Positions 46,477 to 57,044 of a stretch of DNA of 64,000 nucleotides are shown here, in pieces (position 1 is the stretch's first letter; every line of letters begins with the position of its first letter). Origin of the DNA: Elusimicrobiota bacterium (GTDB lineage Bacteria > Elusimicrobiota > Elusimicrobia > F11); the NCBI GenBank assembly GCA_044221725.1, contig JBGAON010000001.1:96001-160000 (forward strand), given 5' to 3'. A program made the position numbers and the translations under genes. Below the pieces are notes generated by a model that was not told where the DNA came from, made no database searches, and saw only the letters and a list, made by a program, of their open reading frames with translations.

Positions 46477-47271
46477 ATGGCCACGAGTCAAAAACTTCTT
46501 ACGCTGTTGCAAGAGCGGATCTGCGAACGGCTGAAAATCTCCGATTTTCATTACGTGGAAATTGAATCGAAAAAGCGTGTGTTGCCGCGGCAGGCCAAAG
46601 ATCTAAAAAAATATCTGTACAAGAAAAAGAAGGTTGAGCACGATAAGAGCAGTCTGGCGCTCGACCAATTTCTGGACACACCGAACATGGATCTGTTTCG
46701 GTTGGGCGCGAGCCTTCGCTTGCGCTATAAGAAAAACGCAACGCAAGTGTATCTGCAATACAAAGGGCCCGGTTTTAAAGAGCAAGGGCTTCTCTATCGC
46801 TCCGAGTTTTCAACCAAGTCTCTCCAACACTTATCGCTCGAAGAAAGCCATCACGACATTATTCAGTTCACGAAAACGCCGATCAAAAGTATTTTGCGCC
46901 GGAATCTGGGGTCTGACATGGGACGCGCTATGCGCACGCATCTCGGCAGCGACGTGATGAACCATATTTCGGTGAGCCCGATCATCTGCGTGTATCAGAA
47001 GGAAAAATTCAAAGTGGAATTGGGGTCCGCCTTTCTTGAGCCATCGCTCGACCGCATTCTGGCGTTTCACATCAACAAAGATGGTCTGCATCCGCTCTCG
47101 ACATTTTGGGAATACGAAAACGAAGTGAAAACCGATGGGAAATCTCTGAGCGGAAAAATCTTACACGTGCCAGATCTGCTCGAGTTCGACGAAAAGTTAT
47201 GCGAAAGGTTCGATTTAAAACCCGAGCCGCTCGATAAGTATCACCGGTGCTCGTCGATCTTTATGTCTTGA
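46477..47271 (+). CDS. CYTH-like (triphosphate tunnel) protein
   Basis: VEIESK (ExExK), DQFLDT..L....SLRLR, YKGP, EYENE, KY. Confidence 0.7.
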   Translation: MATSQKLLTLLQERICERLKISDFHYVEIESKKRVLPRQAKDLKKYLYKKKKVEHDKSSLALDQFLDTPNMDLFRLGASLRLRYKKNATQVYLQYKGPGFKEQGLLYRSEFSTKSLQHLSLEESHHDIIQFTKTPIKSILRRNLGSDMGRAMRTHLGSDVMNHISVSPIICVYQKEKFKVELGSAFLEPSLDRILAFHINKDGLHPLSTFWEYENEVKTDGKSLSGKILHVPDLLEFDEKLCERFDLKPEPLDKYHRCSSIFMS

Positions 47272-47273
47272 TG

Positions 47274-47353
47274 GTCATCCTGGGAAGTCGTTAGCCAGGA
47301 TCCATGTTAACCGTTGGCAAAGTGGGCCCTGGATAGAGACATTCCAGGGCGAC
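47274..47353. repeat. REP-like palindromic element copy 1
   Basis: GTCATCCTGG..GCCAGGATCCA..TGGGCCCTGGATAGAGACATTCCAGGGCGAC. Confidence 0.85.
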
Positions 47354-47356
47354 GGC

Positions 47357-49498
47357 TTACGGCCTTCCCGCCAAAATTGTGCCTTTGTACCGATTCCGCG
47401 CCAACTCCTCGAACAGGAATTGAGAGCGAATCACTTTTGCGTTCGCGGATGGCGTAATTCGTTCGTACGTGCCGTCCGGTTTTAGAGTCCAGGCCCGTTC
47501 GTTGTCGGCCAAGCTGTTTGCGAGCACGACTTCACGTATGTATTTTTTAAGCACCGGGTCTTTCACGGGGAACGCCACCTCGTACCGCGCGTAAAAATTG
47601 CGCGGCATCCAATCGGCGCTCGAAAGAAAAATCTTTTTCGCTCCGTCGGCGCGGAAATAATAAACGCGGCTGTGCTCCAGGAAACGGTCGACGACACTGA
47701 TAACTTTAATGTTCTCACTGAGCTCTTTGACGCCGGGTCGAAGGCAACAGATCCCGCGAACGAGCAGTTCCACTTTTACGCCGGCCATAGATGCTTGATA
47801 CAACGCTTCGATCACCGCCGGATCCACGAGCGAATTCATCTTCGCGATAATGTGGCCCTTGCCGCCGCGTTTTTGGATTTCGGTCTCTTCTCGGATCAGT
47901 TTTAGAAACCGGGGTTGAAGTTGATCCGGTGCCGCCATGATTTCTTTTAAATCTATTTTCGTTTGGTGCGCGGCCATCGCTTGGAACATCGTGCGGATTT
48001 CTTTGCCCAGCTCCGCGTCGCACGTGAGCAACCCCAAATCGGTGTATTGGCGCGCCGTTCCCGGATGGTAATTGCCGGTTCCCAAATGCAGATAAGAAAC
48101 ATCCATGCCTTTTTCTTGGCGCCAGACTTGGGTTAGCTTGCAGTGGACTTTGTAACCGGTGAGCGCACGAATCACTTTTACACCGGCTTTCCGCAATTCC
48201 TCGGCCCACTTCACGTTGTTTAACTCGTCGAAGCGCGCTTTGATTTCGATGTAAGCGGTGACTTTCTTTCCATTTTTCGCGCCCTCTTTGAGCGCTTCCA
48301 TAATGGGCGATTCGGCGCTTGTCCGGTACATTGTTTGCGCGATGTGCGTCACGTGGGGATCTTTGGCTGCGGTCTGCAGAAACTGCACGATTGTGTCGAA
48401 CGAATCGTAAGGATGATGCAGCAGAATGTCACGCGCGCGAATTGCTTCGAACATCTGCTGTTTCTGAAACATGGGTGGGATTTCGGGTTTGATGGGCGGG
48501 TAACGAAGGTGCGCGAGCGATTCAATGTTGTACAGCCGCGCCAACGTTCGCAAATCAAGCGGCAAGTCGAATCGGTACAGGGACGCGGAATCGAGCCGCA
48601 ACGACGACGCGAGAAACAACGCGCCTTCCGAATAGTGCGGAGCATCCACCTCAAGCCGTACCACGCGGGCGCGGCCGCGGCCTTGCACGGCTTCGACAAT
48701 CTGTTCTTCGAGCGAGTCTTCATCATCGGGACGGTAGCGCAGGTCGGCATCGCGAATGATTTTGAATGGAAACGCTTCGATTACCTCGTGGTTCGGAAAA
48801 AGTTGCCGGGCGCGGGCCGCAATCCAGCGTTCCAAAAGTGCGTAGCGCAGAGGTTCGTTGGCTCCGCTCAGTTGCAAAAGGCGTGCCGACCGGTCATCAA
48901 GCGCGATGATGGCGTTCGAGTCCGGAAATCGCACGAACACGTGCAGCCGGTCGCTCAAAAGCGGAGGCAACGGCTCGCTGTTGCGGCGAATCACGAATTT
49001 TAAATCCGGCAGATTTTTTTGAATTTCGGCATCGAGCGCGGGATCCTCGGGAAATTCCGAGTGGATCGTGATGCCTTCTTTGGCAAGCACCGTGAACAAA
49101 TCTTTCAGCACAACCGCTTGCCGCGCCTTTTGGTTTAACACATGATTTCGAATCTGTGACAACAAGCGCTGCGCCGAAAAGTTATCGACGTGAGAGTGCG
49201 AGCGTTGTTGGTGTGACCGGCGAACCACCTCGGCGACGCGCACCATAAAGAACTCGTCGAGATTTGAACTTACTATCGCCGCGAAGCGCAGTCTTTCCAG
49301 TGGAGGAACGGTCGGATTGGCTGCTTCGCTGAGCACACGGTCATTGAACGAAAGCCAGCTGAGTTCACGGTTGAATCGCCGCCCGGGTTTGTGCAACGGA
49401 GCGGGCAGATTTTCTTTCTGCGGAGCCCCATTGGCTTTTAAATGCTCGGAAAATGGTCTCCAAATTTGGTTCGGATTCTCGGGTTTCGGTGTTGTCAT
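47357..49498 (-). CDS. ppk1: Polyphosphate kinase 1
   Basis: FNRELSWLSFNDRVL, SSNLDEFFMVRVA, DILLHHPYDSF, KARFDE, LEHSR, SSADWM.RN. Confidence 0.95.
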   Translation of the reverse strand: MTTPKPENPNQIWRPFSEHLKANGAPQKENLPAPLHKPGRRFNRELSWLSFNDRVLSEAANPTVPPLERLRFAAIVSSNLDEFFMVRVAEVVRRSHQQRSHSHVDNFSAQRLLSQIRNHVLNQKARQAVVLKDLFTVLAKEGITIHSEFPEDPALDAEIQKNLPDLKFVIRRNSEPLPPLLSDRLHVFVRFPDSNAIIALDDRSARLLQLSGANEPLRYALLERWIAARARQLFPNHEVIEAFPFKIIRDADLRYRPDDEDSLEEQIVEAVQGRGRARVVRLEVDAPHYSEGALFLASSLRLDSASLYRFDLPLDLRTLARLYNIESLAHLRYPPIKPEIPPMFQKQQMFEAIRARDILLHHPYDSFDTIVQFLQTAAKDPHVTHIAQTMYRTSAESPIMEALKEGAKNGKKVTAYIEIKARFDELNNVKWAEELRKAGVKVIRALTGYKVHCKLTQVWRQEKGMDVSYLHLGTGNYHPGTARQYTDLGLLTCDAELGKEIRTMFQAMAAHQTKIDLKEIMAAPDQLQPRFLKLIREETEIQKRGGKGHIIAKMNSLVDPAVIEALYQASMAGVKVELLVRGICCLRPGVKELSENIKVISVVDRFLEHSRVYYFRADGAKKIFLSSADWMPRNFYARYEVAFPVKDPVLKKYIREVVLANSLADNERAWTLKPDGTYERITPSANAKVIRSQFLFEELARNRYKGTILAGRP

Positions 49499-49563
49499 AA
49501 AGATTGGAAATGGAAACTTGCAAAATCTCGTCGGCAAAGTAAACGACGGCCATGTAAAAAGCT

Positions 49564-49643
49564 GTCATCCCGGCACGTCTTTGGCCAGGATCCAATTTTA
49601 CCTCAGTCAAAGTGGACCCTGGATAGAGACATTCCAGGATGAC
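49564..49643. repeat. REP-like palindromic element copy 2
   Basis: Same 80-bp layout, ends CCTGGATAGAGACATTCCAGGATGAC. Confidence 0.85.
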
Positions 49644-49651
49644 GACGTTTT

Positions 49652-49690
49652 CTGTCATACGACTGTCATTTGCCTGACATGCGCTGTCAA
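49652..49690 (+). promoter_or_regulatory. Pho boxes upstream of phoB
   Basis: CTGTCAT 49652, CTGTCAT 49663, CTGACAT 49674, CTGTCAA 49684; matches E. coli CTGTCAT 11-bp repeat. Confidence 0.8.
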
Positions 49691-49712
49691 TGTGAATTGA
49701 TATAACGTCGGC

Positions 49713-50396
49713 GTGGCCAAAGAAAAAATTTTAATCGTTGAGGACGAGAAAGACCTCGTCAAAATCCTCAAGTACAACCTCGAAAAGGAAAGTTACCGTG
49801 TGCTCGTGGCGACCGACGGAGAGGCAGGGTTGTCGATATTTCGAAAAGAAAAACCGGATTTGGTGGTGCTCGATATTATGTTGCCACGCATGGACGGCTA
49901 CGAATTTTGCAAAGCGGTGCGCCAGGATTCCAAAACACCGATCCTCATGTTGACCGCGAAAGCCGAAGAAGTCGACCGAGTTTTGGGCCTTGAGCTTGGC
50001 GCCGACGACTACGTCACCAAACCTTACAGTGTTCGTGAGGTGACCGCACGGATTAAAGCGATTTTGCGCCGCTCCACGGGTTCGAGCGAAGAAAAAACAT
50101 TTGTGCGGGCGGGTGGGCTTGAGATCGATTTGGAACGCTACGTAACGAAAGTGAACGGGCAATCTGTTTCGCTAAGTTCAAAGGAATTCGAATTTCTAAA
50201 ATGTCTGATCGGCGCGAAAGGACGGGTGCTGACCCGGGATCAATTGTTGGAACGGGTTTGGGGCTACGATTCTTCGCTCGAAATTGATACGCGCACTGTG
50301 GATCAGCACATTGCGCGCCTGCGCGAGAAACTGGGCGACGAAGCGAAGCGCGTGATCACCGTTAAAAATGTTGGGTACCGAATCAAACTCGATTGA
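49713..50396 (+). CDS. phoB: PhoB/PhoP-type response regulator
   Basis: LDIMLP, GLELGADDYVTKP, TRTVDQHI.RLR; context. Confidence 0.85.
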   Translation: MAKEKILIVEDEKDLVKILKYNLEKESYRVLVATDGEAGLSIFRKEKPDLVVLDIMLPRMDGYEFCKAVRQDSKTPILMLTAKAEEVDRVLGLELGADDYVTKPYSVREVTARIKAILRRSTGSSEEKTFVRAGGLEIDLERYVTKVNGQSVSLSSKEFEFLKCLIGAKGRVLTRDQLLERVWGYDSSLEIDTRTVDQHIARLREKLGDEAKRVITVKNVGYRIKLD

Positions 50397-51414
50397 TCCT
50401 GTAAACTCGATTCTTTCCAATATGATGGAAGGTGTCGTGGCCGTGGACACCAGCGCACGCGTGTTGTTTTTAAACGAAGCGCTGGCCCGGCTTTTCGAAG
50501 TCGACTCCTCCACCGCCAAAGGGAAGCACTTGCTGGAAGTGGTGCGTCAAAACCAAATCAACACCCTTTTGCAAAGCGTGCTGCAGGAAAAAAAGCCGAC
50601 GTCGGACGAAATTCACACGTTTGCTCCGGACGAACGGATATTTGAAGCGATTGCCGCACCGCTTCTTCAACAAGGTAAAAGCATGGGCGCCTTGCTTGTG
50701 TTGCACGACATCACAAAAGTGCGAAAGCTCGAGCAAGTTCGCCGTGATTTTGTAGCGAACGTGTCACACGAGTTGCGCACGCCGCTGGCTTCGATTAAAG
50801 GTTTTGCCGAGACCTTGCGAAACGGTGCGCTGAGCGATGCAACGGTCGCAAATGAGTTTTTGAAATCCATCGAGAAACACACCGATAACATGACCGCGCT
50901 CGTGGACGATTTGTTGAGTTTGACCGCCATCGAGTCCGGTCAACGCGCGCCGAACAAGGAGTCGCTGCGTTTGAGCGAGGCCGTGAGCGAAGTGATAAAA
51001 GGTTTGGCTCCGATCGCGAACAAGAGCAAGGTCGAAATTCAAAACCGCGTTGCAACAGATATGGCGTGCGTTTTAATGGATCGCGGACATTTGAAACAAA
51101 TTATTGTGAATTTACTTGAGAACGCGATCAAATTTAATCACGAAGGCGGGTGGGTAAAACTGGAAGCGAGCCTGGATGGAGATTGGATCTCCTTATTAAT
51201 TATAGATTCCGGCTCCGGCATCCCAGCGCAAGACCTGCCGAGAATATTTGAGCGATTCTATCGCGTGGACAAGGCGCGTTCGCGCGCGCTCGGAGGAACG
51301 GGTTTGGGCTTGTCGATTGTCAAACATCTGGTGGAAGTCAATGGCGGTTCTGTGTCAGTCGACAGCTCCGCGACGAAGGGGTCAACATTTACGGTGAAGA
51401 TGCCATGCGCGTAA
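50368..51414 (+). CDS. phoR: PhoR-type PAS histidine kinase without TM segment
   Basis: DFVANVSHELRTPL, RIFERFYRVDKARSR..GGTGLGLSIVKH. Confidence 0.85.
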   Translation: MLGTESNSIDPVNSILSNMMEGVVAVDTSARVLFLNEALARLFEVDSSTAKGKHLLEVVRQNQINTLLQSVLQEKKPTSDEIHTFAPDERIFEAIAAPLLQQGKSMGALLVLHDITKVRKLEQVRRDFVANVSHELRTPLASIKGFAETLRNGALSDATVANEFLKSIEKHTDNMTALVDDLLSLTAIESGQRAPNKESLRLSEAVSEVIKGLAPIANKSKVEIQNRVATDMACVLMDRGHLKQIIVNLLENAIKFNHEGGWVKLEASLDGDWISLLIIDSGSGIPAQDLPRIFERFYRVDKARSRALGGTGLGLSIVKHLVEVNGGSVSVDSSATKGSTFTVKMPCA

Positions 51415-51956
51415 TTCGTCTGAGCTTAGCGTTGATGTTGATCGGAGTGGGTTTCGCATTTGCCGAGAAGCAGCCGCAGCCGATCGAGTGGGTATTAAAG
51501 AACTCTCGCACGCGTGCGCGTGTGCTCGTGCAAGGCACGATTACCAAACAAATCGATTTCGATAATTTAATCCTCACCGATAGTGGCGGATCGCTGCGTT
51601 TGGATGCTTTCCGCGTGCATCAATATCTTTCCAAGGGCGATAAAGTGATCGTTTATGGTCTTTACCTCGGGCGCATCACGGAAGATTCGGCAAGAGGCAA
51701 ACTTGAAGTGTTGGATTTTTTGCCGATCAAAGCGTCCGACAATCCAGAAAAGGCGCGGCAATTTATTGAGAAATACGGCAGCGACCCGGTGCCCGCAGTA
51801 AAATCGGATCCCGTTCCAGCCGCCAACCACCCTGCCAAGGCCACCGATAAAACTGTCGAGTCCCGACTTAAAGAACTCGACGACCTCAAAGCGAAGAATC
51901 TTCTCTCCGACGAAGAATATAAGGAACAACGCAAACGCATCCTCGGTAGCCTCTAG
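51405..51956 (+). CDS. Exported OB-fold-like protein with C-terminal SHOCT domain
   Basis: Signal peptide; V.VQGTI..LTDSGG; RLKELDDLK..LLSDEEYKEQRKRIL. Confidence 0.65.
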   Translation: MRVIRLSLALMLIGVGFAFAEKQPQPIEWVLKNSRTRARVLVQGTITKQIDFDNLILTDSGGSLRLDAFRVHQYLSKGDKVIVYGLYLGRITEDSARGKLEVLDFLPIKASDNPEKARQFIEKYGSDPVPAVKSDPVPAANHPAKATDKTVESRLKELDDLKAKNLLSDEEYKEQRKRILGSL

Positions 51957-51962
51957 AGCGCC

Positions 51963-51992
51963 GTCGCCTGGATAGAGACATTCCAGGATGAC
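51963..51992. repeat. REP-like element, half copy 3
   Basis: GTCGCCTGGATAGAGACATTCCAGGATGAC. Confidence 0.8.
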
Positions 51993-51997
51993 GACAA

Positions 51998-52015
51998 CTG
52001 TCACGCCGCTGTCAT
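51998..52015 (+). promoter_or_regulatory. Pho box upstream of porin-pst operon
   Basis: CTGTCAC 51998 and CTGTCAT 52009 (11-bp period). Confidence 0.75.
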
Positions 52016-52093
52016 ACAGGCTTTACTCTCCCGCCATGGTTGTCGGTCTCTCGCCTTGCCACAATGCTCATGTAACAAAAATGAATTAGGAGG

Positions 52094-53299
52094 ATGTACA
52101 TGAGAGTTTCAAGACGAGGACGGGCGATCGGCTTTGCAGCACTATCGGCGCTCTGCATGACGGGTCTGGTAAATCAATCATTTGCCGATGCCGATTTGCA
52201 GTTTGCGAAGTACGTGCAATTTGTGAAATGGAGTGGCGATTATCGCTTACGCTTTGATAACGAACACTTCCGAAATCCGTCGACGACGATGGACCGCGGA
52301 CGCTTCCGCATGCGCTTGCGGCTGGGCACGGACATTGGATTGCCTGGAAAATTAACAATCAAAACTCGCTTGGCCTCCGGCGTTGGTGAGCAAACCTCCA
52401 CGAACCAAACATTCGGTTCTCTCGGAACCCAAAAGGGAATTTTTATTGATCGCGCTTACTTGGAATGGAAACCGAAAGACTGGGCAACCCTCATGGGCGG
52501 AAAAATGGCAAACCCGCTTTGGACCACGTACGCCAGCGATGCAATTTGGGATGCGGACTTTAATCCCGAAGGCGCCGGCGAACAGTTCTCCTATTTATTG
52601 GGTGGTTTTAATTTGTTTGCGAACGGTCTGCAGATGGTCGCCGATGAAAGCAATGGCTCAACGCACGCAACGGCAAACGATCAATACGTGTTAAGCGAAC
52701 AGGTTGGTTTTGAAACCCGCTTGCCTCTTGAATCGCGTATCAAAATTGCTTACGCGAACCACTACTGGAGAGATGCCGCTACAAACGCTTTCACCGGAGT
52801 GGCCATTACAAACGGTGGAACGAGTCCGGAGAAAAGTCAGGAAGGGAATCGCAAATCCGGTGCGAGCTTGGCCAACGATTTTCGGGTTGATGAAGTCGCC
52901 GGCGAACTTTCGACGTGGCTCTTCCGCATTCCTGTTTCGCTTCAAGGTGTCTATTTAAAGAACAATTGGGTGCGCACGCCGCAATTTAATAATGCGTTGA
53001 AGGACACCGGTTATCAAGCTGGAACCATCATCGGTAAAGCGGGCACAGCGAAAGGTTGGGAAGTGGCGTACTTCTATAAATACATCGAAGCGGATGCGAC
53101 CGTCGCAGACGCCGCGGATTCTGACTTTGGTGATGGGGGAACAAACCGCAAGGGGCACATCATGTGGGCCGCTTATTCGCCATTCGATTACCTGACGTTA
53201 CAAGCGAAATATTTCCAAACAAAGAATATTGATCCAACCATCTCGGGTTCGCTCGGTTCAATGGATCGCGTACAAATCGATACCGTGATCAAGTGGTAA
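52094..53299 (+). CDS. Putative outer-membrane porin
   Basis: Signal peptide, GDYRLR, RFRMRLRLG, SDFGDGGTNRKG, terminal W; heads pst operon. Confidence 0.75.
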   Translation: MYMRVSRRGRAIGFAALSALCMTGLVNQSFADADLQFAKYVQFVKWSGDYRLRFDNEHFRNPSTTMDRGRFRMRLRLGTDIGLPGKLTIKTRLASGVGEQTSTNQTFGSLGTQKGIFIDRAYLEWKPKDWATLMGGKMANPLWTTYASDAIWDADFNPEGAGEQFSYLLGGFNLFANGLQMVADESNGSTHATANDQYVLSEQVGFETRLPLESRIKIAYANHYWRDAATNAFTGVAITNGGTSPEKSQEGNRKSGASLANDFRVDEVAGELSTWLFRIPVSLQGVYLKNNWVRTPQFNNALKDTGYQAGTIIGKAGTAKGWEVAYFYKYIEADATVADAADSDFGDGGTNRKGHIMWAAYSPFDYLTLQAKYFQTKNIDPTISGSLGSMDRVQIDTVIKW

Positions 53300-53326
53300 C
53301 GGTTCTTAAATAAGAAGGAGGACATC

Positions 53327-54349
53327 GTGCAAAAAACAAAACTAAACACACTGGTCGGGCTCATTGTCTCGGCAGCGTTCTTGGCGGTTCCGTTGTTGCA
53401 AAGTTTCGCGGACACGACCTTGAACGGTGCGGGGGCGACGTTCCCGTTCCCAATTTACAGCAAATGGTTTGACGACTATCACAAAGCCAAGTCCGATGTG
53501 AAAATTAATTATCAATCGATCGGTTCGGGTGGCGGCATTAAACAGTTCACCGCAAAAACCGTGGACTTTGGTGCCAGCGATGGACCAATGACGGATAAAG
53601 AGCTGTTCGCCGTCGATGGAAAACCACTCCATATCCCCACGGTTCTTGGTGGTGTGGTCATCACGTGGAATGTGCCAGAGGTGTCCGAGCTCAATCTCAC
53701 CGGCGATGTGATTGCAAAAATCTTTATGGGCGACATTAAGTCGTGGGACGATGCGGCGATCAAAACGCTGAATCCGAACGCGAAGTTGCCGGGGGTTCCC
53801 ATTACAGTGGTGCACCGCGCCGACGGTTCGGGAACAACCTATTGTTTCACGGATTACCTTGCGAAAATGAGCCCGGCGTGGAAAAGCAAAGTGGGTCAGG
53901 GCAAAGCCGTCAATTGGCCGGTGGGTTTGGGTGGCAAGGGAAATGAGGGTGTGGTGGGCTTGGTGAAGCAAACGGTCGGTTCGATTGGCTACACCGAACT
54001 CGTTTACGCCTCGCAAAACAGATTGCCCACCGCTGCCGTTCAGAACAAAGCGGGCAAGATAGTGAAATGCTCGATTGAATCCGTCACGGCGGCCGCTGCG
54101 AACGCGAACATGCCAAAAGACTTTCGTGTTTCGATTGTGAACGCCGGTGGTGACAATTCTTATCCGATTGCAACGTACACGTGGCTTTTGGTGTATCAAT
54201 CGAACAGTGGGAATGTCGGCAAAGTGTTAAAGGACTTTCTTAACTGGATGATAGACGCCGGCCAGAAATCGGCGCCGGAACTTGGTTACGCGCCGCTTCC
54301 GCCATCCGTCCAAACCATGGTCAAGAATGCAATTTCGTCGATAAAGTAA
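53327..54349 (+). CDS. pstS: Phosphate ABC transporter substrate-binding protein
   Basis: GAGATFP, YQSIGSGGG, DFGASD, RADGSGTT, GKGNEGV. Confidence 0.95.
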   Translation: MQKTKLNTLVGLIVSAAFLAVPLLQSFADTTLNGAGATFPFPIYSKWFDDYHKAKSDVKINYQSIGSGGGIKQFTAKTVDFGASDGPMTDKELFAVDGKPLHIPTVLGGVVITWNVPEVSELNLTGDVIAKIFMGDIKSWDDAAIKTLNPNAKLPGVPITVVHRADGSGTTYCFTDYLAKMSPAWKSKVGQGKAVNWPVGLGGKGNEGVVGLVKQTVGSIGYTELVYASQNRLPTAAVQNKAGKIVKCSIESVTAAAANANMPKDFRVSIVNAGGDNSYPIATYTWLLVYQSNSGNVGKVLKDFLNWMIDAGQKSAPELGYAPLPPSVQTMVKNAISSIK

Positions 54350-54358
54350 GATTCGGAC

Positions 54359-55351
54359 GTGACGTTAACTCAAGATAAATCGACAGCAATTCCGTCCCCG
54401 GCCGCTCCTCCTAGCCCCCTTAGGAGAATCCGTTCTCGCGAGCGTGCCGGGGATCGGGCGTTTCGGTACGTGATGCTCGGTTTCGGATTCCTCGTGATTG
54501 CGTTGGCCGCCGGAATATGTTGGAAGTTGCTGCAGAATTCCCGCGAAACATGGCACACGTTCGGCTGGCGCTTTATTGTGAGTCAAACCTGGAATCCCGT
54601 GGAAGATATCTATGGCGCCCTGCCGTTTGTTTACGGAACCATCGTTTCTTCGGCCATTGCTCTATTGATTGCGGTGCCGCTCGGCGTTGGCTCCGCGATA
54701 TTTTTGGCGGAAATGGCGCCAAAACGGTTGGCCAATGTCGTGACCTTCCTCATTGAATTGTTGGCCGCGATTCCGAGCGTGATTTTGGGACTCATGGGGA
54801 TTTTTGTTCTGGTTCCCGCGGTCAAATGGGCTCAGCCCGGCATCACGAAGGTGTTGGGCTTCCTTCCATTTTTTCGGGGCACGCCCTACGGTGTTGGGCT
54901 TTTTACGGCCGGTTTAATTCTCGCGCTCATGATTTTGCCTTACATCACGAGCATTTCGCGCGATGTCATTTTGTCGGTGCCGACAATTCTCAAAGAAGCG
55001 GCGCTCGGCTTGGGCGCGACGCATTGGGAAATGGTCCGCATGGTGATTCTTCCGTTCTCGAAAGCGGGGATTATGGGTTCGATTTTTCTCGCTTTGGGAC
55101 GTGCGCTCGGAGAAACCATGGCTGTCACGATGGTCATAGGGAATTCGCCTCGAATCTCAGCGTCCTTGTTTGAACCCGCGTACAGCATGTCGGCCGTGAT
55201 TGCGAACGAATTTGCGGAAGCCGCCGCCGGGCCTGGACTCAGTGCGCTCTTTGCGATCGCGTTTGTTTTGTTCGGGATCACGGTTGTGGTGAACGGGTTG
55301 GCGCGAATCCTTATTTATAAAAACAAATTTCGGTCACGGAGAAAGGCATGA
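54359..55351 (+). CDS. pstC: Phosphate ABC permease
   Basis: ELLAAIPSV, RALGETMAVTMVIGN, IANEFAEA. Confidence 0.95.
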   Translation: MTLTQDKSTAIPSPAAPPSPLRRIRSRERAGDRAFRYVMLGFGFLVIALAAGICWKLLQNSRETWHTFGWRFIVSQTWNPVEDIYGALPFVYGTIVSSAIALLIAVPLGVGSAIFLAEMAPKRLANVVTFLIELLAAIPSVILGLMGIFVLVPAVKWAQPGITKVLGFLPFFRGTPYGVGLFTAGLILALMILPYITSISRDVILSVPTILKEAALGLGATHWEMVRMVILPFSKAGIMGSIFLALGRALGETMAVTMVIGNSPRISASLFEPAYSMSAVIANEFAEAAAGPGLSALFAIAFVLFGITVVVNGLARILIYKNKFRSRRKA

Positions 55352-56193
55352 ACAATTTCGCGCGTCGACGGTGGATTAACAATTTTATGTTCGCGATGAC
55401 CGGCGTTTTCACGGTGCTCGCGGTATCAGCGCTTTTTTTCATTCTTGGTTACATCGCGTACCACGGAATTTCGTCAATCAGCTGGAATTTTTTCACAAAG
55501 GTGCCGGTGCCGCTTGGTGAAACCGGCGGGGGAATTGCGAATTCCATCATCGGTTCGTTGAAGGTTGTGGGTCTCGCCTGTGTGATCGGTTTGCCAATCG
55601 GAATTTTTGGCGCGGTGTACCTCGCTGAATACGGCAACGGCAAAATCGGGTTCATTATTCGGTATTGCGCCGACGTGTTGAACGGAATCCCGTCAATCGT
55701 CATGGGAATCTTTGCCTACGCAATGGTGGTGTTGCCCATGCGGCACTTCAGTGCGTTGGCCGCCAGTGTCGCGCTCGGCATCATTATGATTCCGCTCGTG
55801 CTTCGCACGACAGAAGAATTTATTCGACTCGTGCCTGGAAACATTCGCGAAGCGGCGCTCGCTCTCGGTATTCCGCAGTGGAAGGTCATTCTTAAGGTAG
55901 TGATCCCAACAGCATCGCGCGGAATCGTGACCGGGAGCATCCTCGCTGTTTCGCGCATCGCCGGCGAAACGGCGCCGCTTATTTTCACAGCGTTTGGAAA
56001 CCGGTACTGGGATGACGGAATCTTAAATCCGATCGCGACGTTGCCTCACACAATCTACACCTACGCTATTTCGCCGTACGAGGACTGGCATAAGCAAGCC
56101 TGGGCCGCCGCTTTTGTGCTGATGTTGGTGGTGCTCATCGGAAATATCTGCGCGAGAATGCTTATGAGAACCAATCAAGGAGCCGCGCGCTAA
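55348..56193 (+). CDS. pstA: Phosphate ABC permease
   Basis: [23 protein letters not shown]. Confidence 0.95.
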   Translation: MNNFARRRWINNFMFAMTGVFTVLAVSALFFILGYIAYHGISSISWNFFTKVPVPLGETGGGIANSIIGSLKVVGLACVIGLPIGIFGAVYLAEYGNGKIGFIIRYCADVLNGIPSIVMGIFAYAMVVLPMRHFSALAASVALGIIMIPLVLRTTEEFIRLVPGNIREAALALGIPQWKVILKVVIPTASRGIVTGSILAVSRIAGETAPLIFTAFGNRYWDDGILNPIATLPHTIYTYAISPYEDWHKQAWAAAFVLMLVVLIGNICARMLMRTNQGAAR

Positions 56194-57041
56194 TGGGAAT
56201 ACTTATGGAAAACAAAACTCTAATTAATAAGATCAGCCCCGTTCCCTCCGTGGTGCCAAAGGCGAACATATCTATGCAACCTCAAACAAAAACCATTGCG
56301 ATCCAAACCATTGATCTCGAAGCAAGTTATGGCCATGGCCCGATTTTAAAGGGCATCAACATTTCCATTTATGGAAACCACATCACGGCGATCATTGGTC
56401 CTTCGGGATGTGGGAAATCAACACTGGTGCGATGCATGAACCGTATGCACGAGGTCCATCCGCTCGGTTCAACCAAAGGCTCCGTTCTGCTTGGAGACAA
56501 AAACATTTTCGAAATGGATCCGGTGTTGTTGCGCCAAGAAGTGGGAATGGTGTTTCAGCGGCCAAACCCTTTTCCAACGATGACGATTTATCAAAACGTG
56601 GCCTCCGGTCTTGTTTTGAACGGCGTAAAAGAAAAACAAACGCTGAATGAAATTGTGGAGAGGAGTCTCAAAAACGCAGCGCTGTGGGACGAAGTGAAAG
56701 ACAAGCTGCATCAATCGGCGTTTAATTTGTCCGGTGGTCAACAGCAGCGCTTGTGCATCGCCCGCGCGCTCGCGGTAAGCCCAAAGGTTTTGCTGCTGGA
56801 CGAGCCGTGTTCGGCGCTGGATCCTATCGCAACCGCGCGTATCGAAGAATTGCTGATTGAACTAAAAAAGGATTTAACGATTGTTATCGTGACGCACAAT
56901 ATGCAGCAGGCCGCACGGTCTTCTGACTTCACGGGTTTCATGTTGAGCGGCGATTTGGTGGAATTTGGTGTAACCGAGAAAATATTCACGAACCCAGACA
57001 ATCAAAAAACACAGGATTACATCACCGGCAGGTTTGGATAA
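56193..57041 (+). CDS. pstB: Phosphate ABC ATPase
   Basis: [38 protein letters not shown]. Confidence 0.95.
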   Translation: MGILMENKTLINKISPVPSVVPKANISMQPQTKTIAIQTIDLEASYGHGPILKGINISIYGNHITAIIGPSGCGKSTLVRCMNRMHEVHPLGSTKGSVLLGDKNIFEMDPVLLRQEVGMVFQRPNPFPTMTIYQNVASGLVLNGVKEKQTLNEIVERSLKNAALWDEVKDKLHQSAFNLSGGQQQRLCIARALAVSPKVLLLDEPCSALDPIATARIEELLIELKKDLTIVIVTHNMQQAARSSDFTGFMLSGDLVEFGVTEKIFTNPDNQKTQDYITGRFG

Positions 57042-57044
57042 TTT

